From assembly GCF_963921235.1 (NCBI RefSeq), contig NC_086108.1:37760001-37820000 (forward strand): a stretch of DNA of 60,000 bases. The letters run 5' to 3'. Position numbers and translations under genes: made by a program. Position 1 is the stretch's first letter, and every line of letters starts with the position of its first letter. Under the pieces are notes generated by a model. The model searched no databases. It worked only from the letters and a program-made list of their open reading frames with translations, and had not been told where the DNA came from. This document shows positions 38,420 to 52,100 of this stretch, piece by piece. This DNA is from Mobula hypostoma. Its lineage: Eukaryota.

Positions 38420-38960
38420 ATCAATTTCAAGTCCAATTTTATTGTGATTCAACTGCATACATGTATACTACCAAACGAAACAACATTCCTCTTGACCAAG
38501 GCGCACAACAAGTAAAGTAACATTATGATAAATAAATCATTAAATAATAGAACTTAATCCAGAAGATTTCCATTTACCATCAGGGTTATTAACAACATAA
38601 GTTAAAAAGTAAATAGTACAATGCTGTTGGCACTTCATCAATGACTAGCCCTGAGAGGTGGCACGGAGCTCAGTAGTCTCATGGCCTGGGTGAAGAAGCT
38701 ATTTTCCATTCTAACAGGCCTTGTCCTGATGCTCTGTTGCCTCATGCCTGAGGATAGGGGGTGAAAGAGATAGTAGCACAGATGGGAGGGATCATTGACA
38801 ATTCTAGGGGGCCCTGCGTACATAGCACTCCTGCTAAATTTCTCAGATGGATGGAAGAGAGACCAAAATGTTCCTCTCAGCAGCTCTTGTGACCCTTTGT
38901 AGGGTCATGTGGAAAGATTTCCTGCAAGTCCTATAGCAGACAGTGATGCAGCTATTACTA
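38420..38960 (-). mobile_element. Rex1/Babar- or L2-like LINE 3' fragment
   Basis: Reverse frame IVNDPSHL..LFHPLSSGMR..SIRTR..RMENSFFTQAMRLL is typical of the Rex/Babar ORF end. Confidence 0.7.
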
Positions 38961-39169
38961 TTATTTAGTATACGATGCAGTTTAAAGACAGTTGAAGGTT
39001 AAGCATGGAAAGAATTCAGATCAACCATTGTCGATTCCTCATTAACAATGCATATACTGTATCCTGAATATCTTTCAGTAACACTTGTAATGATAGACAT
39101 TTTCAGGAGCATTGTAATCAAGATGGCTTCCATGTTCGGCATCACTAAGAGCGACGCTCACTTTATCAG

Positions 39170-39990
39170 CTTTTAAAAGCAGAATTCAGAAAAGTTAGGT
39201 TGGGAGAACACATAACTATTCTCATTGGTGGCTCAGTGGAGCAAAGAGTAAATAGTTACATATTCCTGGGCACTAACATCTGGATGGCCTGTCCTGTGCC
39301 CAGCATATTAAATGCAATCATAAATCCTTTACTTACTGAGAAGTTTTTTTATTTTTTATTTTATTTTTATTTGGATAAGGAATTCACAATTATCATGTAC
39401 TTTTTTCTTTGGCATGTCACTAAATATTCTAACTTCTACAGATGCAATGTTGAAAGTAAACTGACTGGTTGCATCACGGACCGGTAAGGCAATTACATTG
39501 CAAGGGAATACACAAGGCTGAGAGTGTTGTGGACACAGGCTAGTCCATCACAGTCTAGCCCTCTCCACCAATGACAGCATCTATAGGATGCAATGCCTCC
39601 AGAACGCAGCATTGATCATCATAGATCCCCGCCATCTGGGTCACACCCTCTTCTCACTGCAGAAACCTGAAGTCTCATACCACCAGGTTTAGGAATAACT
39701 ACTTTCCTACAACCATCAAGTTTTGAACCTACCTGAAAGCACTAAGTCTGTTACAGCAATGGAACACTATGGACCACCTCTTACACTACCTTGGACTTAG
39801 CTTTGATTGTGTCTTTGACTTCTTTTGCACTAAAGTCTTCCTTTTGCAGTCTTCTTTTCCACCAATGGTGTGGTCTGTATATTTTATATTCTGTGTGTTG
39901 TCTGTACCTATCTATATGTAATATTGCGGCAATGTAAGTTTTTCATAATAATGTAACCTACTGTACATGTTCACCTGACAACTCGATGAC
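39170..39990 (+). mobile_element. Degraded Rex1/Babar LINE 3' fragment
   Basis: VEQRVNSYIFLG, FYRCNVESKLTGCIT and DPRHLGHTLFSLL remnants, followed by a T/G-rich 3' UTR. Confidence 0.7.
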
Positions 39991-40906
39991 TTTTGTTGCT
40001 AAGCATGGAATGGTTTCATTTATCATAACACTCTGTAGACTTTTACTAGTTAGGTCAGAAGAAATTGGATTTTCCACTTCATTGTTGGTGTAAGAGATTG
40101 GATGGAAAATTGTGCTAAATACTTCTGATCTATCAAATACTTATGCATGGGCACTGAAGAAGAAAATGGTTTGAGGATTCAATTTATGCACTGACCTAAA
40201 TATTCTTTCCTTATATTACAGCAGTAACTAATATTCAATATACCTCAAGTAGCTGTAGTACTTTGGAACGTCCTTAGAATTTTTAGGCACAATTTTTTTC
40301 CTACTTGAAAATTTCTCATAAAGTAATTAGAACATAATGAATATTAATAGGTATACAACAGCGGATATTTTACTCTGATCCAAAGGAGCATTTCTGTTCC
40401 AAATTCCCTTCTTCATTAGTTACCCTCTCACTTTACTGGTGACTATATTGCCTGTAAGTGGTCTGAACATCCAACTTACCTGGGAATCGATTCCCACTGT
40501 TATAAGTCTTCTTGTGAGATAATAAGACCCAAGGCTGTAATAATGACACTCAATTGTGACATGAACAGCTATCCATGCCTTCTGTACTTGTATTTCTTTA
40601 CTCTCTCCACAGGTAGATCTAATTAATACAAGCTGAGGCAAGGCGTGTTTGAATTGCTAAGCCGAATGTACAGAGAAGTAATGATTGGATTCACTTGGTT
40701 CAATCAATGCAACATATCACCACATAATGGTAAAATAAATAGGCTTTACTATCCAACAGCAGTGAGCCAGTTCGCTTCACTTGTGTAGACCAACTAAAAG
40801 CTCTATATTTTGACTCACAGCCTAGAATTACCCTTGCTTCATAGCTATCGGGTGCCTAATTGTATAAGTACTGTTTCTAAGAGCCAGACTACTTGGTTTA
40901 AGTCAG

Positions 40907-41186
40907 TCACAAGACACTGGAGGAACTCAGCAGGTCGGGCAGCATCCGTGGAAACGATCAGTCAACGTTCGGGCCAGAACCCTTCGTCAGGACTCAGATT
41001 TAAACTTCTTCAGGGTAGGCATACCTCAAAGAGACTTCGCAGTGGAGTAGCAAATTGTAAATAGAAAATACTCTGCAGATGCTGGGGTCAAAGCAATACT
41101 CACAACACGCTGGAGGAACTCAGCAGGTTGGGCAGCATCTATGGAAACAATCAGTCAGCATTTCGGGCCGGAACCCTTCGTCAGGT
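40907..41186 (-). mobile_element. Miniature Penelope-derived element with two tandem terminal repeats, each carrying a hammerhead-like motif
   Basis: ~85-bp direct repeats at 40907-40991 and 41100-41185 (period ~194 bp). Both contain CTGACGAAGGGTTCYGGCCCGAA on the minus strand. Confidence 0.82.
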
Positions 41187-41615
41187 ATTCAAGATAATTT
41201 CTTTCACCTGAACCTCAGCATGGAGAGTTTTGTGTAATATCCATTGTACACTTCACTAAGGACATCCACACTGAAATCTGCTGCCTTCCACAGACAACTG
41301 CAACTTCAGTATAAATCAAAGACAATAATGCCATGGTTTTCAATGTAACTGTAACAGCGAATATTTGGTTCCTTCAGAGACATTTGAAGATAGAGGTAAT
41401 TGCAAAATCTTGCAATGTTCTCCCTCCTGCTATGTGATCCCTGGTATCTGCTGCAAATATTTGATTCCTCTTAAATTGTTGATATATGCATTGTCATTTG
41501 ATTTGGAAATGTGAAAGTATAATAATGTTGTCAAAAATATTAAAATATCAGAAACTATCATTATTTGGTAGCCTATCTGCATTTCAAACCACATTCACTT
41601 CAATTATTTGTTTCA

Positions 41616-41852
<237 letters not shown>

Positions 41853-43292
41853 TTAATACTGTTTATGATTCCCAGGTTACATAAAAGTCCATCACTACAG
41901 TACCCCAACAATATATGTTGTTGATTAGTAATTGATAGCATCAAAATATACCCCTTATATTCACTGAAGTGATAGAAAATATGTAATCTTCAATAACTTG
42001 AAAATTCTTGCAACTTTTATGTTCAGACTAATGTTACAGTTCTGTTTACAAAAACAAATCATAACTAATGGAAGGAAACAACAAAATAAACTTTAAGTTA
42101 CAAATCACAATCGAAAAGAATAAAAATTCACAAGCTTTTTGTAGGGTGGTTTTTTAGAGGGTGTGACAAAAGTGACTTAAGGAGTAGTCATGACTAGAGG
42201 AACAATCAATGCAGTAGAAAGTCAGCATCAAACAGTGTCCTAAGTGGAAAACAGAGGGATGAGTGATGTGATGGTATTAGGTTTGCTGACCATGAAGTTC
42301 CAAGCTCAAAGACCTTGAGTCTGATCTGATATAGATAGCTAGGGGTACGCTTAATCAAGGAAGGTAATACTGTCATTACCAAAATTTCAAAGACTGGTTC
42401 ACTTCCCTGTTCATTCTCCACAGCAGATTTAGCTGCCAATACTCACTACTTGAGTGATGGGTGCCCCCCCACCCCCGACTAAGGAGGAGATATTTTCAGC
42501 TAGCAATGTAGTTTAAACACCGTTCATTTATTTTCAGTGATACATGTTTAAATTCAAACAACATTCTTAAAACACATTTAAAAGAGGATTTCCATCTGAT
42601 GAAAGACTTCCAAATTACAAACTATTTCTAAAACGCCAAGGATTTGCAAAGCATAGGTACAATTCCTGTAAGCTAAAAAGTCATACCCACATACTGCAGA
42701 CGAACCAGTCATCTATCGCAGAAATCAAAGGCAGAAGAATGGATTCTAAATTAACTCATGCTCTGTCATGCTTCTTGATGTTGCTGGACTATTCCTAAAA
42801 AGCTAAAACTACTCTCTCAATTTAGACTGCTTCTTTCCCACTTCGGTGTCTTCACACAGATGATCTTCTTTTTCAGATGCCTTTTGACGCAAGCAGTCTA
42901 AGTGCTTCTGAAGACAGAGTTTCCAGGTACCCACAATTAATGTTGCGAAGCTGACTCACTGATCATCCAACTTGTTAATAGAGCAGCTATTGATATGCCA
43001 AATAATGATATCAATCTGGTCTGAGCTCTTCCTTGAACTAAACAACTTAGCCAACAGATAAGGATGTAACTACGAATGAGCTGTTCATGAGAACCTTCAA
43101 ATCAATCATTTGGGGCATGGAGAGATAGTGATATAGGAATGGAGGGATAGAGTAACCTTGAATGATAAAATTATTGGATGGTCCGTCTCTGGACTATTAC
43201 CATATCAAATTATAATTTGCACAAGGATGTAATAAATATAAAGTAACTTAAGCAGGTATTTACTGTGCTTTAATCTGCTATAAAAACAAATT

Positions 43293-43568
43293 CATCCCCT
43301 TCTTCTTCCCACTCTCCTCTTCTGTCAGATTCTTTCTTCTCCAGCCCTTTACCTTTCCCACCCACCTGGTTTTACCTATCACTTTCTAGCTTGTCTTCCT
43401 TCCCTACCCCCACCAGTTTATTCCGGAGTCTTCCCCCCTTCCTTTCCACTCCAGGGTCTTGGCCTAAAAAGTCATCTATTTTCATAGATGCTGCCTGACC
43501 TGCTGAGTTCATTCAGCATTTTATGTGTGTTGCTTTCGCTTACCAGTATATACAGAACCTTTTGTGTT
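43293..43568 (+). mobile_element. Penelope-like 3' UTR/pLTR fragment (hammerhead core deleted)
   Basis: C/T-rich tract, then ctcc[TGANGA lost]agggtcttggcctaaaaagtca...atagatgctgcctgacctgctgagttc..cagcatttt.tgtgtgttgc. Confidence 0.75.
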
Positions 43569-44861
43569 CAAAAATATCCTGTCCTTTCTCTGTGTTACTT
43601 TTCCAAAAGGAGGAAGAATGAAATGACACAAAATGTAGCACATTGTGTAGGAGCAGTAAAGATTCTAGATGTGTTCAAGGCCAGTGAGAAGGTTTCAACA
43701 TCGTAATCCACAGGGATTTTCCACAAAATGTAAGGCCAATGCTACTTGCTCTCAGAGCTTTCTGATTTTTAATATTTTTAAACAATAACAAATCTTCATC
43801 AAATTCTGAAGTTTTAGAAATTATATTGAGCCATAATCTGCTGTAATTGGGAAGCAAATGGTGCCTAGTTTGTTTAATCTGGTTTATTCACATTTAATTA
43901 CTGTCCCAAACTGCCTGAATGAGGAAACAAATATGCAGGGCCTTAACAAATCAGAGTGAAGGATAGATAAAACCTTAAAACAAAGATGGAAGGAAGTTTA
44001 AATTAAAGTAGATGAATCCAATTTCAAATCAGATAAACAATGAGAAATTTTTGCTCCATTCTATCGTTGCTGGGAAAATAGGCAGCAAAATTATACCGTT
44101 ATGTTTACCTTTCCATTTTTGAAAAATAGTCAACCTTAGGCTGAACACTTCACACATTATCAAATCACATTTTGTGATTCGCTGTCCAAGATTATTGCAG
44201 AATTTGATTAAATTATCCCTCATTGCATACTGAACAGGGCTGTCATCAATCTTCTTTAATTAGTTTAGCATAAACATTTATCAAGGTTGTTTGACATGAC
44301 AGGTTTTAAAGACTATAAGAGCTTCAAGTTCAATAAATTTCTTTATGCATTTGACCAATTTTTACTAGTTTCCTGTAATATCTTGAATCTCTTTGTATCA
44401 GAGATTGAAGGTAATGGACATAATATGATGCATTCAAAGAGCCACAATCTGTCCACCAGCCTAAAGTAGTTAAGTATCTTTCATTCTTCCATCAGAATAG
44501 TTTGCAATTAAAAAAAGGAGAATGAAGCACTCAGGGAATACTTTCAGAGAACAGCACCTTCAAATTGCCTTGATTTCTTTTAAAAAAGCTAGCAAAATTG
44601 AAGTTGACATAAAAAGGATTTTCTATTCAGTGAATCATTCCCCTCCCATAGAGATCAACACATTAGATCTCCATTTAAAGTTAGAGTTGTTATCATTTAT
44701 ACCATGGGGAAAGAATTGATTTCTGACAGTCTGGACAGAAAGCCAACATGCAAGGTCTCCATGGGAGAAACAATTCAAAGTAATTGAACAATTGCTCTTA
44801 TGAAGTTTTTCCACACTCTTCTCCCAACACAGTATGTATGAGAAGATGTAGCAACTTTCCA

Positions 44862-45912
44862 TCAACCATAAAACCATAGGACATAGGAGCAGAATTAGGT
44901 TATCCGGCCCATTAAGTCTTCTCTGCCATTCCAACATGGCTGATGTATTATCCTTCTCAACTTCATTATCCTATCTTCTCCCTGTAACCTTTAACATCCT
45001 TACTAATCAAGAACCTATCAACTTCTGCTTTAAATATGCCCAATGACTTGGCCTCCATGGTCATCTGTGGTAATGAATTCTACAGATTCACCAACCTCTG
45101 TAAAAGAAATTATCCTCATCTCTATTCTAAACAGAAGTCCCTCACGTTCTAAACTCCCCAACTATAGGTAACACCCTCTCCACATCCACTCTATCTAGAC
45201 CTTTCAGTATTCTACAGGTTTCAATGAGATCTCCCTTCATTCTTCTAAACTCCAGCAAAAACAGGCCCAAAGCTTTCAAATGCTCCTCATACATTAAGCA
45301 TTTCATTCCTGGGATCATTGTTGTGAACTTTCTTTGGACCGTCTCCAATACCAGCACATCCTTCCCTAGACAAGGAGACTAAAACCGCTCACAAAACTTC
45401 AAGTGCTGACTGAACAATGCCTTATAAAGCCTCAGGGTTACATCCTTGCTTCTATATTATTGTTCTCTTCAAATGAATGCTAACAGTGCATTTGCCTCCC
45501 TTAGCACAGACTCAACCTACAAGTTAACCTTTAGGGAATCCTGCACCAAGATGTCCAACTCCCTTTGTGCTTCTGATTTCTGAATTTTCTCTCCTTTTAG
45601 AAAATAGTCTACAACTTTATTCCTTCTAGCAAAGTACATGACCATTATTTCCCTATATTATATTCTATCTGCCACTTTGCCCATTCTCCTAATCTAACTA
45701 ACTCCTTCTGCAGACTCTCTACTTCCTCAACACTACCTGCCCCTTCATCTATCTTTATATCATCTGCAAACCTCATCCACAAAGTCATCAATTCCATCAT
45801 CCAAATCATTGACTTGAAATCTGAAAGATTAATGTGGTCCTATCACTAACCCCTTCAGATACCCATTAGTCACCGGCAACCAACCTGAAAAGGTCCCCTT
45901 TACTGCCATTTC
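44862..45912 (-). mobile_element. CR1 3' fragment
   Basis: Tail cataggacataggagcagaattagg. Reverse frame LETVQRKFTTMIPGMK..LEFRRMKGDLIET. Confidence 0.85.
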
Positions 45913-46059
45913 ACAGGACTAAAAGGATTTTTAACATTCTCTCTATATAGTATATTTCTAAATGTATAACAATAGTACTGATCAGAAATGAATATAATTA
46001 TCTCCCTTTATATTGATGCTGCACATGGTAAAATTCTGAACATTACAGACACTATAATA

Positions 46060-46392
46060 ATGCTGCAAATCTGAGTTCTGATGCAATTTGAGAGCCTGTG
46101 GAATGTCGAATGCTGGGTGAACAATGTAGTCTTTGCAGTACTGCAAGTGTACACTTCAGCACTCAGTGACGGGTGCCGATATTTTTGTTTTGCCGGTGCA
46201 GGGGAACCGTACTTGCTGCCTTCACACGGGAGGGAGGGGAGCTGGGAGTGTCTTTGGGGTTCTAACATTTAACTGTTGTTCATTATTTGGGGCACTCCTC
46301 TGTTTTCGAGGATGGTTGCGAAGAAAAAGCATTTCAGGATGTATATTGTATACATTTCTCTAACATTAAATGTACTTTTGAAACCTTTGAAT
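46060..46392 (+). mobile_element. SINE/LINE 3'-tail repeat
   Basis: Ends ggatggttgcgaagaaaaagcatttcaggatgtatattgtatacatt..attaaatgtacttttgaaacctttgaa, similar to 13140-13222. Confidence 0.5.
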
Positions 46393-47191
46393 TTTCAACA
46401 TACGTTTTTCCATTTGGCCTTCCAAATATCTTAATGGAGAAGTACCAAACGGTTCCCTTGTTTAACTTGTCAACCATCATGAACATCCATGCATTTTCCA
46501 TGGTAACTCCCGTGTAACTAAGAAGATGTAGCCCTTCTGTGAATCAATGAAACATCAAGGAAGGAGGATGCCCACTAGAAAAACCTAGATTTGCTTTTGC
46601 ATCAGCTCACCCAATGCTCAAAATCTATGACATGGCTTTGCTCACCATCAAGCTGGCTATTGGATAGAACTTCCTAACTCCACTCTTCCTTAACTCAACA
46701 CTATATGAAATTACCTGCTGTGCACATACAAATTCTCATCAAGTCCTATTCACTACACTATTCCTCATTACATCAAAATATATCACTACATTGGCTCCAA
46801 TTTAAATAGCAGGTTGATTTTAACATCCCACCATAGCCTTCACCACCCTGTCTCTACAATCTCCTTTTTATCGTCCCCAGTTTTATGACTCCATCATGAA
46901 CTTAACTTCAACTCCCAAGGCTATAAGCCCCCACTATCTCACTAGCTCTCTGTAGTAACTTCTACTTTGAAAAAGGCACACACGACAACTTCATGCCAAA
47001 GAAATAACTTTATCTCAAACTTCAAAACCATTATGTATATACAGAGGCTTTCACAACCCCTACAGCATTGCAGAGACACTATATCAGAACCCACTAGAAG
47101 TAAAAAGAACGGAAGCAGAACCCCCCATTATCCTAATTAGTATTAACTTACTTTTAATAATGCTCACATTACAACACTCTCTACCTCATGT

Positions 47192-47295
47192 TCAGAATCA
47201 GAATCAGAATCAGGTTTATTATCACTGGCATGTGACGTGAAATTTGTTAACTTAGCAGCAGCAGTCCAATGCAATACATAATCTAGCAGAGAGAT
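47192..47295 (-). mobile_element. Rex1/Babar LINE extreme 3' end
   Basis: (TCAGAA)n tail plus ggtttattatcactggcatgtga..gaaatttgttaacttagcagcagcag, nearly identical to 53688-53780. Confidence 0.8.
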
Positions 47296-47449
47296 TGTAA
47301 AATTTCAAGCAGGGAGGTTGCAGACAGAAATTCAAGTGGTGAATTTCTGTTCATTTTTAAAAAGTAAAACAAACTCTAATAGAACGTTTGAATTCTGAAA
47401 TGCCATGTTAAATTACTTTATACTTATAGTGCAAATACCAGAATCATAC

Positions 47450-47870
47450 TCACCTAACCCTTCTTCTTGCTGATCTACACAGTTCCTCCAAAACCACCTT
47501 AGCCCCGTCACTCCATTTTCTTTCCCCTTCTTTTCTTCCTCAGCTCATCACCCACACTCTCCTCCCCTTACTGCTTACACCTGCCCACACCAGCACTCCT
47601 ATTTGATTCCATGCTTCGCCAGCAGTTTTCATCATTGGCAGCTCTGTTACCTGGGCCCATCACCTGCTGACTTCTGTCACTATTTCTACTCTTCTCTCCT
47701 CCATATGTTCATCATCCTTCCTCACCTGAATGTAGGCATCACTTGCCAGCCATTGCTCACAACACTCTACTGGCTCTATCTTTTAGTCTAGGTGAAGAAT
47801 CTGAACCCAAAAGGTCAGCTGTCTATTTTCCTCCAGATGCTGCCTGAGCTGCAGAATTTGCTCTGGCAAG
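47450..47870 (+). mobile_element. Old Penelope-like 3' UTR/pLTR remnant
   Basis: C/T-rich tract ending agtctaggtgaag..aacccaaaaggtcagctg...agatgctgcctgagctgc. Confidence 0.5.
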
Positions 47871-49139
47871 TTCACTTCTTCTTACCAAACTAAATGCAAC
47901 TAACAGTAAAGTGAAAATCAGAGATTTACCAAAACGTACTGCACAGATTTATGCTCCGATCATAATTACGACCACGAGAAAAATTAAGATAGGAAGAAAT
48001 AATCATAACCAAATTAAAGTTTGCCACTTCCATTATTAATTTACGAAAAGGTGTACTTCATACTATCTTAAATTCACAGGGATTGAAAATGTATACTTCA
48101 AAACTGGAACAGAGCAGGCTGAGTAATGTAATTAATTATGAAGAGGAAAGCAGTGTAACTCAGTGGATTATACTGAAATCACAAAACAGCTGAGTGAAAT
48201 CTCCTGCAGGAGCAGGGGTAACATTGGACCACAGGGGACTGTTTGGCCAGAACAGGTTGGCTGCCCTCATGATCAGAGGACACATCTTATCATGGCATGT
48301 TAATCGGATTTTCATGAAACTACTGCCTCCTTCATAAGCTTTAGAGAGATTTATGGCAGCAATTTATAAAATGTAAATGAAATATTTATTTAACTGATTG
48401 CCTTCGTGGAGATTAGAAGCAGTCCTGCATGAAAGTAGATAGCATTTAAGAGGAAGTCAATGATGAAAGTAGGTTTGGGATTATATTTAAATTGATGAAA
48501 AATTCCTAGGCACTTGGTCTCAGGGATTTATACTTTTAATTTCTGCTTTTAAGTGAGCAGTTTCTGCACACAGAATCTTAATGATCAATTTTCATATGAT
48601 CTGGACAGGTGGCCTAAAATTCTAGGGTCTCTTAAGGACCATGAGTAAAATGAGATTGATCACATATGACGCAATGATTCATTTTAAAGCTCTGTATAAA
48701 ATCAGGCAAACCCCACAATAATTGCCAATTGTTTCTCACACATTGTAAAAATGGGGCTTTTGGGAAATATAAAATCTACATTTAGTGCAACATGAGAGCT
48801 TCTCTCTATCTCTGGTTGAACTATTGTTGGGACTAAGTAAAGAATCATGCAATCTGTGTGACCTTTAGTAGAATATTGATAAACAAAAGGAAAAAAATTG
48901 TAAAGTACACTTTGATTAGCAATTGAATAAATTAGTTGTCCAGTAAAATTAGTCATTTGTTTTGTTTTATGTCCATTCTTCCATTAAGTATGAATGGAAC
49001 AAGAAAAAATATTAACTGAAGATATATCATGTTCAACTTCAAATAATATCTTTTCAAAATTTCACAATATTCAATTTCTTAAATGATGTCACATTATATT
49101 TAATGTACCCTTAGAGGCATTAAATTGTGATTATTTCGG

Positions 49140-52100
49140 AGAAGGAAGTCTGAGAATCGGACTGGGAGTGCGGAGGAAGCCATTTTGAATTTTTTTGGTT
49201 TTTTTTCATCGGAGTTCAGAGAGGCGGGACTGCGCAGGCGTGTGATGTTGGGCAGTGAAGCATGGAAGTTTTACAAGGAACACAAGCCGTATACAACGGG
49301 CAGTGGAGTGAGCCAGGAGCAGTGAAGGCTTAAGGGCTTTGGCTCAATGGGCTTATGTGGAAATGGGCGAGGCGAAGAAGGTTTGGTATTCATTTGTTCC
49401 TGTTATTTGAGGAGAGGGGGAAGTATGAGTGTTAGGGCAGCTTGTTGTTCTCAGTGTCGGATGTGGGAGGTCGTGGAGTCTACCAGCCTCCTGGACGTCC
49501 ACATCTGCGCCAGGTGCGCCGAGACACAGCTCCTAAGGGACCGCATTACGGAACTGGAGCTGCAGTTCGATGACCTTCGTCTGATCAGGGAGAGTGAGGA
49601 GTTGATAGAAAGGAGTTACAGGCAGGTGGTCACACCGGGGCCACGGGAGGCAGACAAGTGGGTCACAGTTAGGAGGGGGAAGGGGAAAACTCAGGTACTA
49701 GAGAGTACCCCAGTGGCTGTGGCCCTTGACAATAAGTCCTCCAGTTTGAATACTGTTGAGGGGGACAGCTTACCTGGGGGAAGCAACATTGGCCGTGCCT
49801 CCGGCACAGAGTCCGGCCCTGTAGCTCAGAAGGGTAGGGAAAGGAAGAAGAGGGCAAAAGTAATAGGGAACTCGATAGTTAGGGGGTCAGATAGACGATC
49901 CTGTGGACACAGTCCGGAGACCTGGATGGTAGTTTGGCTCCTTGGTGCCAGGGTCCGAGACATTTCTGATCACGTCCAAGATATCCTGAAGTGGGAGGGA
50001 GTAGAGCCAGAAATTGTGGTACGTATAGGTACCAATGACATAGGTAGGAAAAGGGGAGAGGTCCTGAAAGGAGAATATAGGGAGTTAGGAAGGGAGTTGA
50101 GAAGAAGGACCGCAAAGGTGGTAATCTTGGGATTACTGCCTGTGCCACGCGACAGTGAGAGTAGGAATGCAATAAGGTGGAGGATAAATGCGTGGCTGAG
50201 GGATTGGAGCAAGGGGCAGGGATTCAACTTTTTGGATTATTGGGACCTCTTTTGGCACAGGTGTGACCTGTACAAAAAGGATGAGTTGCACTTGAACCCT
50301 AGGCGGACCAATATCCTGGTGCGGAGATTTGCGAAGGCTACTGAGGTGTCTTTAAACTAGAATGGTTGAGGGTTGGGAATCAAATTGAAGAGACTAGGAG
50401 AGAGGAGGTTAGTTCACAAATAGAGAAAGCTAGTAGACAGTGTGTGAGGGAGGATAGGCAGGGGACAGAGAACGGGAGCACTCAGACCGAAGGTGTAGGA
50501 GAGAAGGAAGAAAAAGATAACAAAGTTCTTTGCACCATTAAGGATAAAAAGAGAGTAAGAGGCGGAGAGTTTCTTAAATGCATCTATTTTAATGCTAGGA
50601 GCATTGTAAGAAAGGTGGATGAGCTTAGAGCATGGATTGATACTTGGAAATATGATATTGCTATTAGTGAAACATGGTTGCAGGACGGGTGTGATTGGCA
50701 ACTAAATATTCCAGGATTTTGTTGCTTCAGGTGTGATAGAATAGGAGGGACAAGAGGGTGAGGTGTTGCATTGCTTGTCAGAGAAAATATAACAGCAGTG
50801 CTCTGGCAGGATAGATTAGTGGACTCGTCTAGGGAGGCTATTTGGGTGGAATTGAGGTATGGGAAAGATGTAGCGACGCTTATAGGGGTGTATTATAGAC
50901 CACTTAATGGGGACCGAGAATTGGAGGAGCAAATTTGTAAGGAGATAGCAGACATTTGTAGTAAGCACAATGTTGTGATTGTGGGAGATTTTAATTTTCC
51001 ACACATAGATTGGGAAGCCCATTCTGTAAAAGGGCTGGATGGTTTGGAGTTTGTCAAATGTGTGCAAGATAGTTTTTTGCAGCAATACATAGAGGTACCA
51101 ACAAGAGAAGGGGCAGTGTTGGATCTCCTGTTAGGGAATAAGATAGAGCAGGTGAAGGAGGTATCTGTTGGGGAGCACTTCGGGTCCAATGATCACAATA
51201 CCATTAGTTTCAATATAATTATGGAGAAGGATAGGACTGGACCCAGGGTTGAGATTTTTGATTGGAGAAAGGCTAACTCTGAGGAGATGCGAAAGGATTT
51301 AGAAGGAGTGGATTGGGGCAATTAGTTTTATGGGAAGGATGTAATAGAGAAATGGAGGTCATTTAAAGGTGAAATTTTGAGGGTACAGGCTCTTTATGTT
51401 CCTGTTAGGTTGAAAGGAAAGGTTAAAAGTTTGAGAGAGCCATGGTTTTCAAAGGATATTGGAAACTTGGTTCGGAAAAGGAGAGGGATCTACAATAAAT
51501 ATAGGCAGCTTGGAGTAAATGAGGTGCTCGAGGAATATAAAGAATGTAAAAAGAACTTTAAGATATAAATTAGAAAAGCTAAAAGAAGATATGAGGCTGC
51601 TTTGGCAAGTAAGGTGAAAATAAATCCAAAGGGTTTCTACAGTTATATTAATAGCAAAAGAATAGTGAGGGATAAAATTGGTCCCTTAGAGAATCAGAGT
51701 GGACGGCTATGTGCAGAGCCAAAAGAGATGGGGGAGATTTTGGACAATTTCTTTTCAGTATTCACTAAGGAGAAGGATATTGAATTGTGTAAGGTAAAGG
51801 AAACAAGAAGGGTAGTTATGGAAAGTATGATGATTAAAGAAGAGGAAGTACTTGCGCTTTTAAGGAATATAAAAGTTCATAAGTCTCCGGGTCCAGACAA
51901 GATATTCCCTAGGACCTTGAGGGAAGTTAGTGTGGAAATAGCAGGGGCTCTGACAGAAATATTTCAAATGTCATTAGAAATGGGGATGGTGCCGGAGAAT
52001 TGGCGTATTGCTCATGTGGTTCCATTGTTTAAAAAGGGTTCTAAGAGTAAACCTAGCAATTATCGGCCTGTGTGTTTGACGTCAGTGGTGGGTAAATTGA

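Noticed and set aside
40590..40620. Polypyrimidine-CAG|GTAGAT recursive splice site
   Set aside because: It is on the plus strand (antisense to KCNT2), has a weak donor, and there is no evidence of a plus-strand gene.
42822..42901. 11-bp inverted repeat TTAGACTGCTT/AAGCAGTCTAA as a pre-miRNA or MITE
   Set aside because: The 58-nt interior does not pair into a long stem and there is no TSD. It is compatible with chance.
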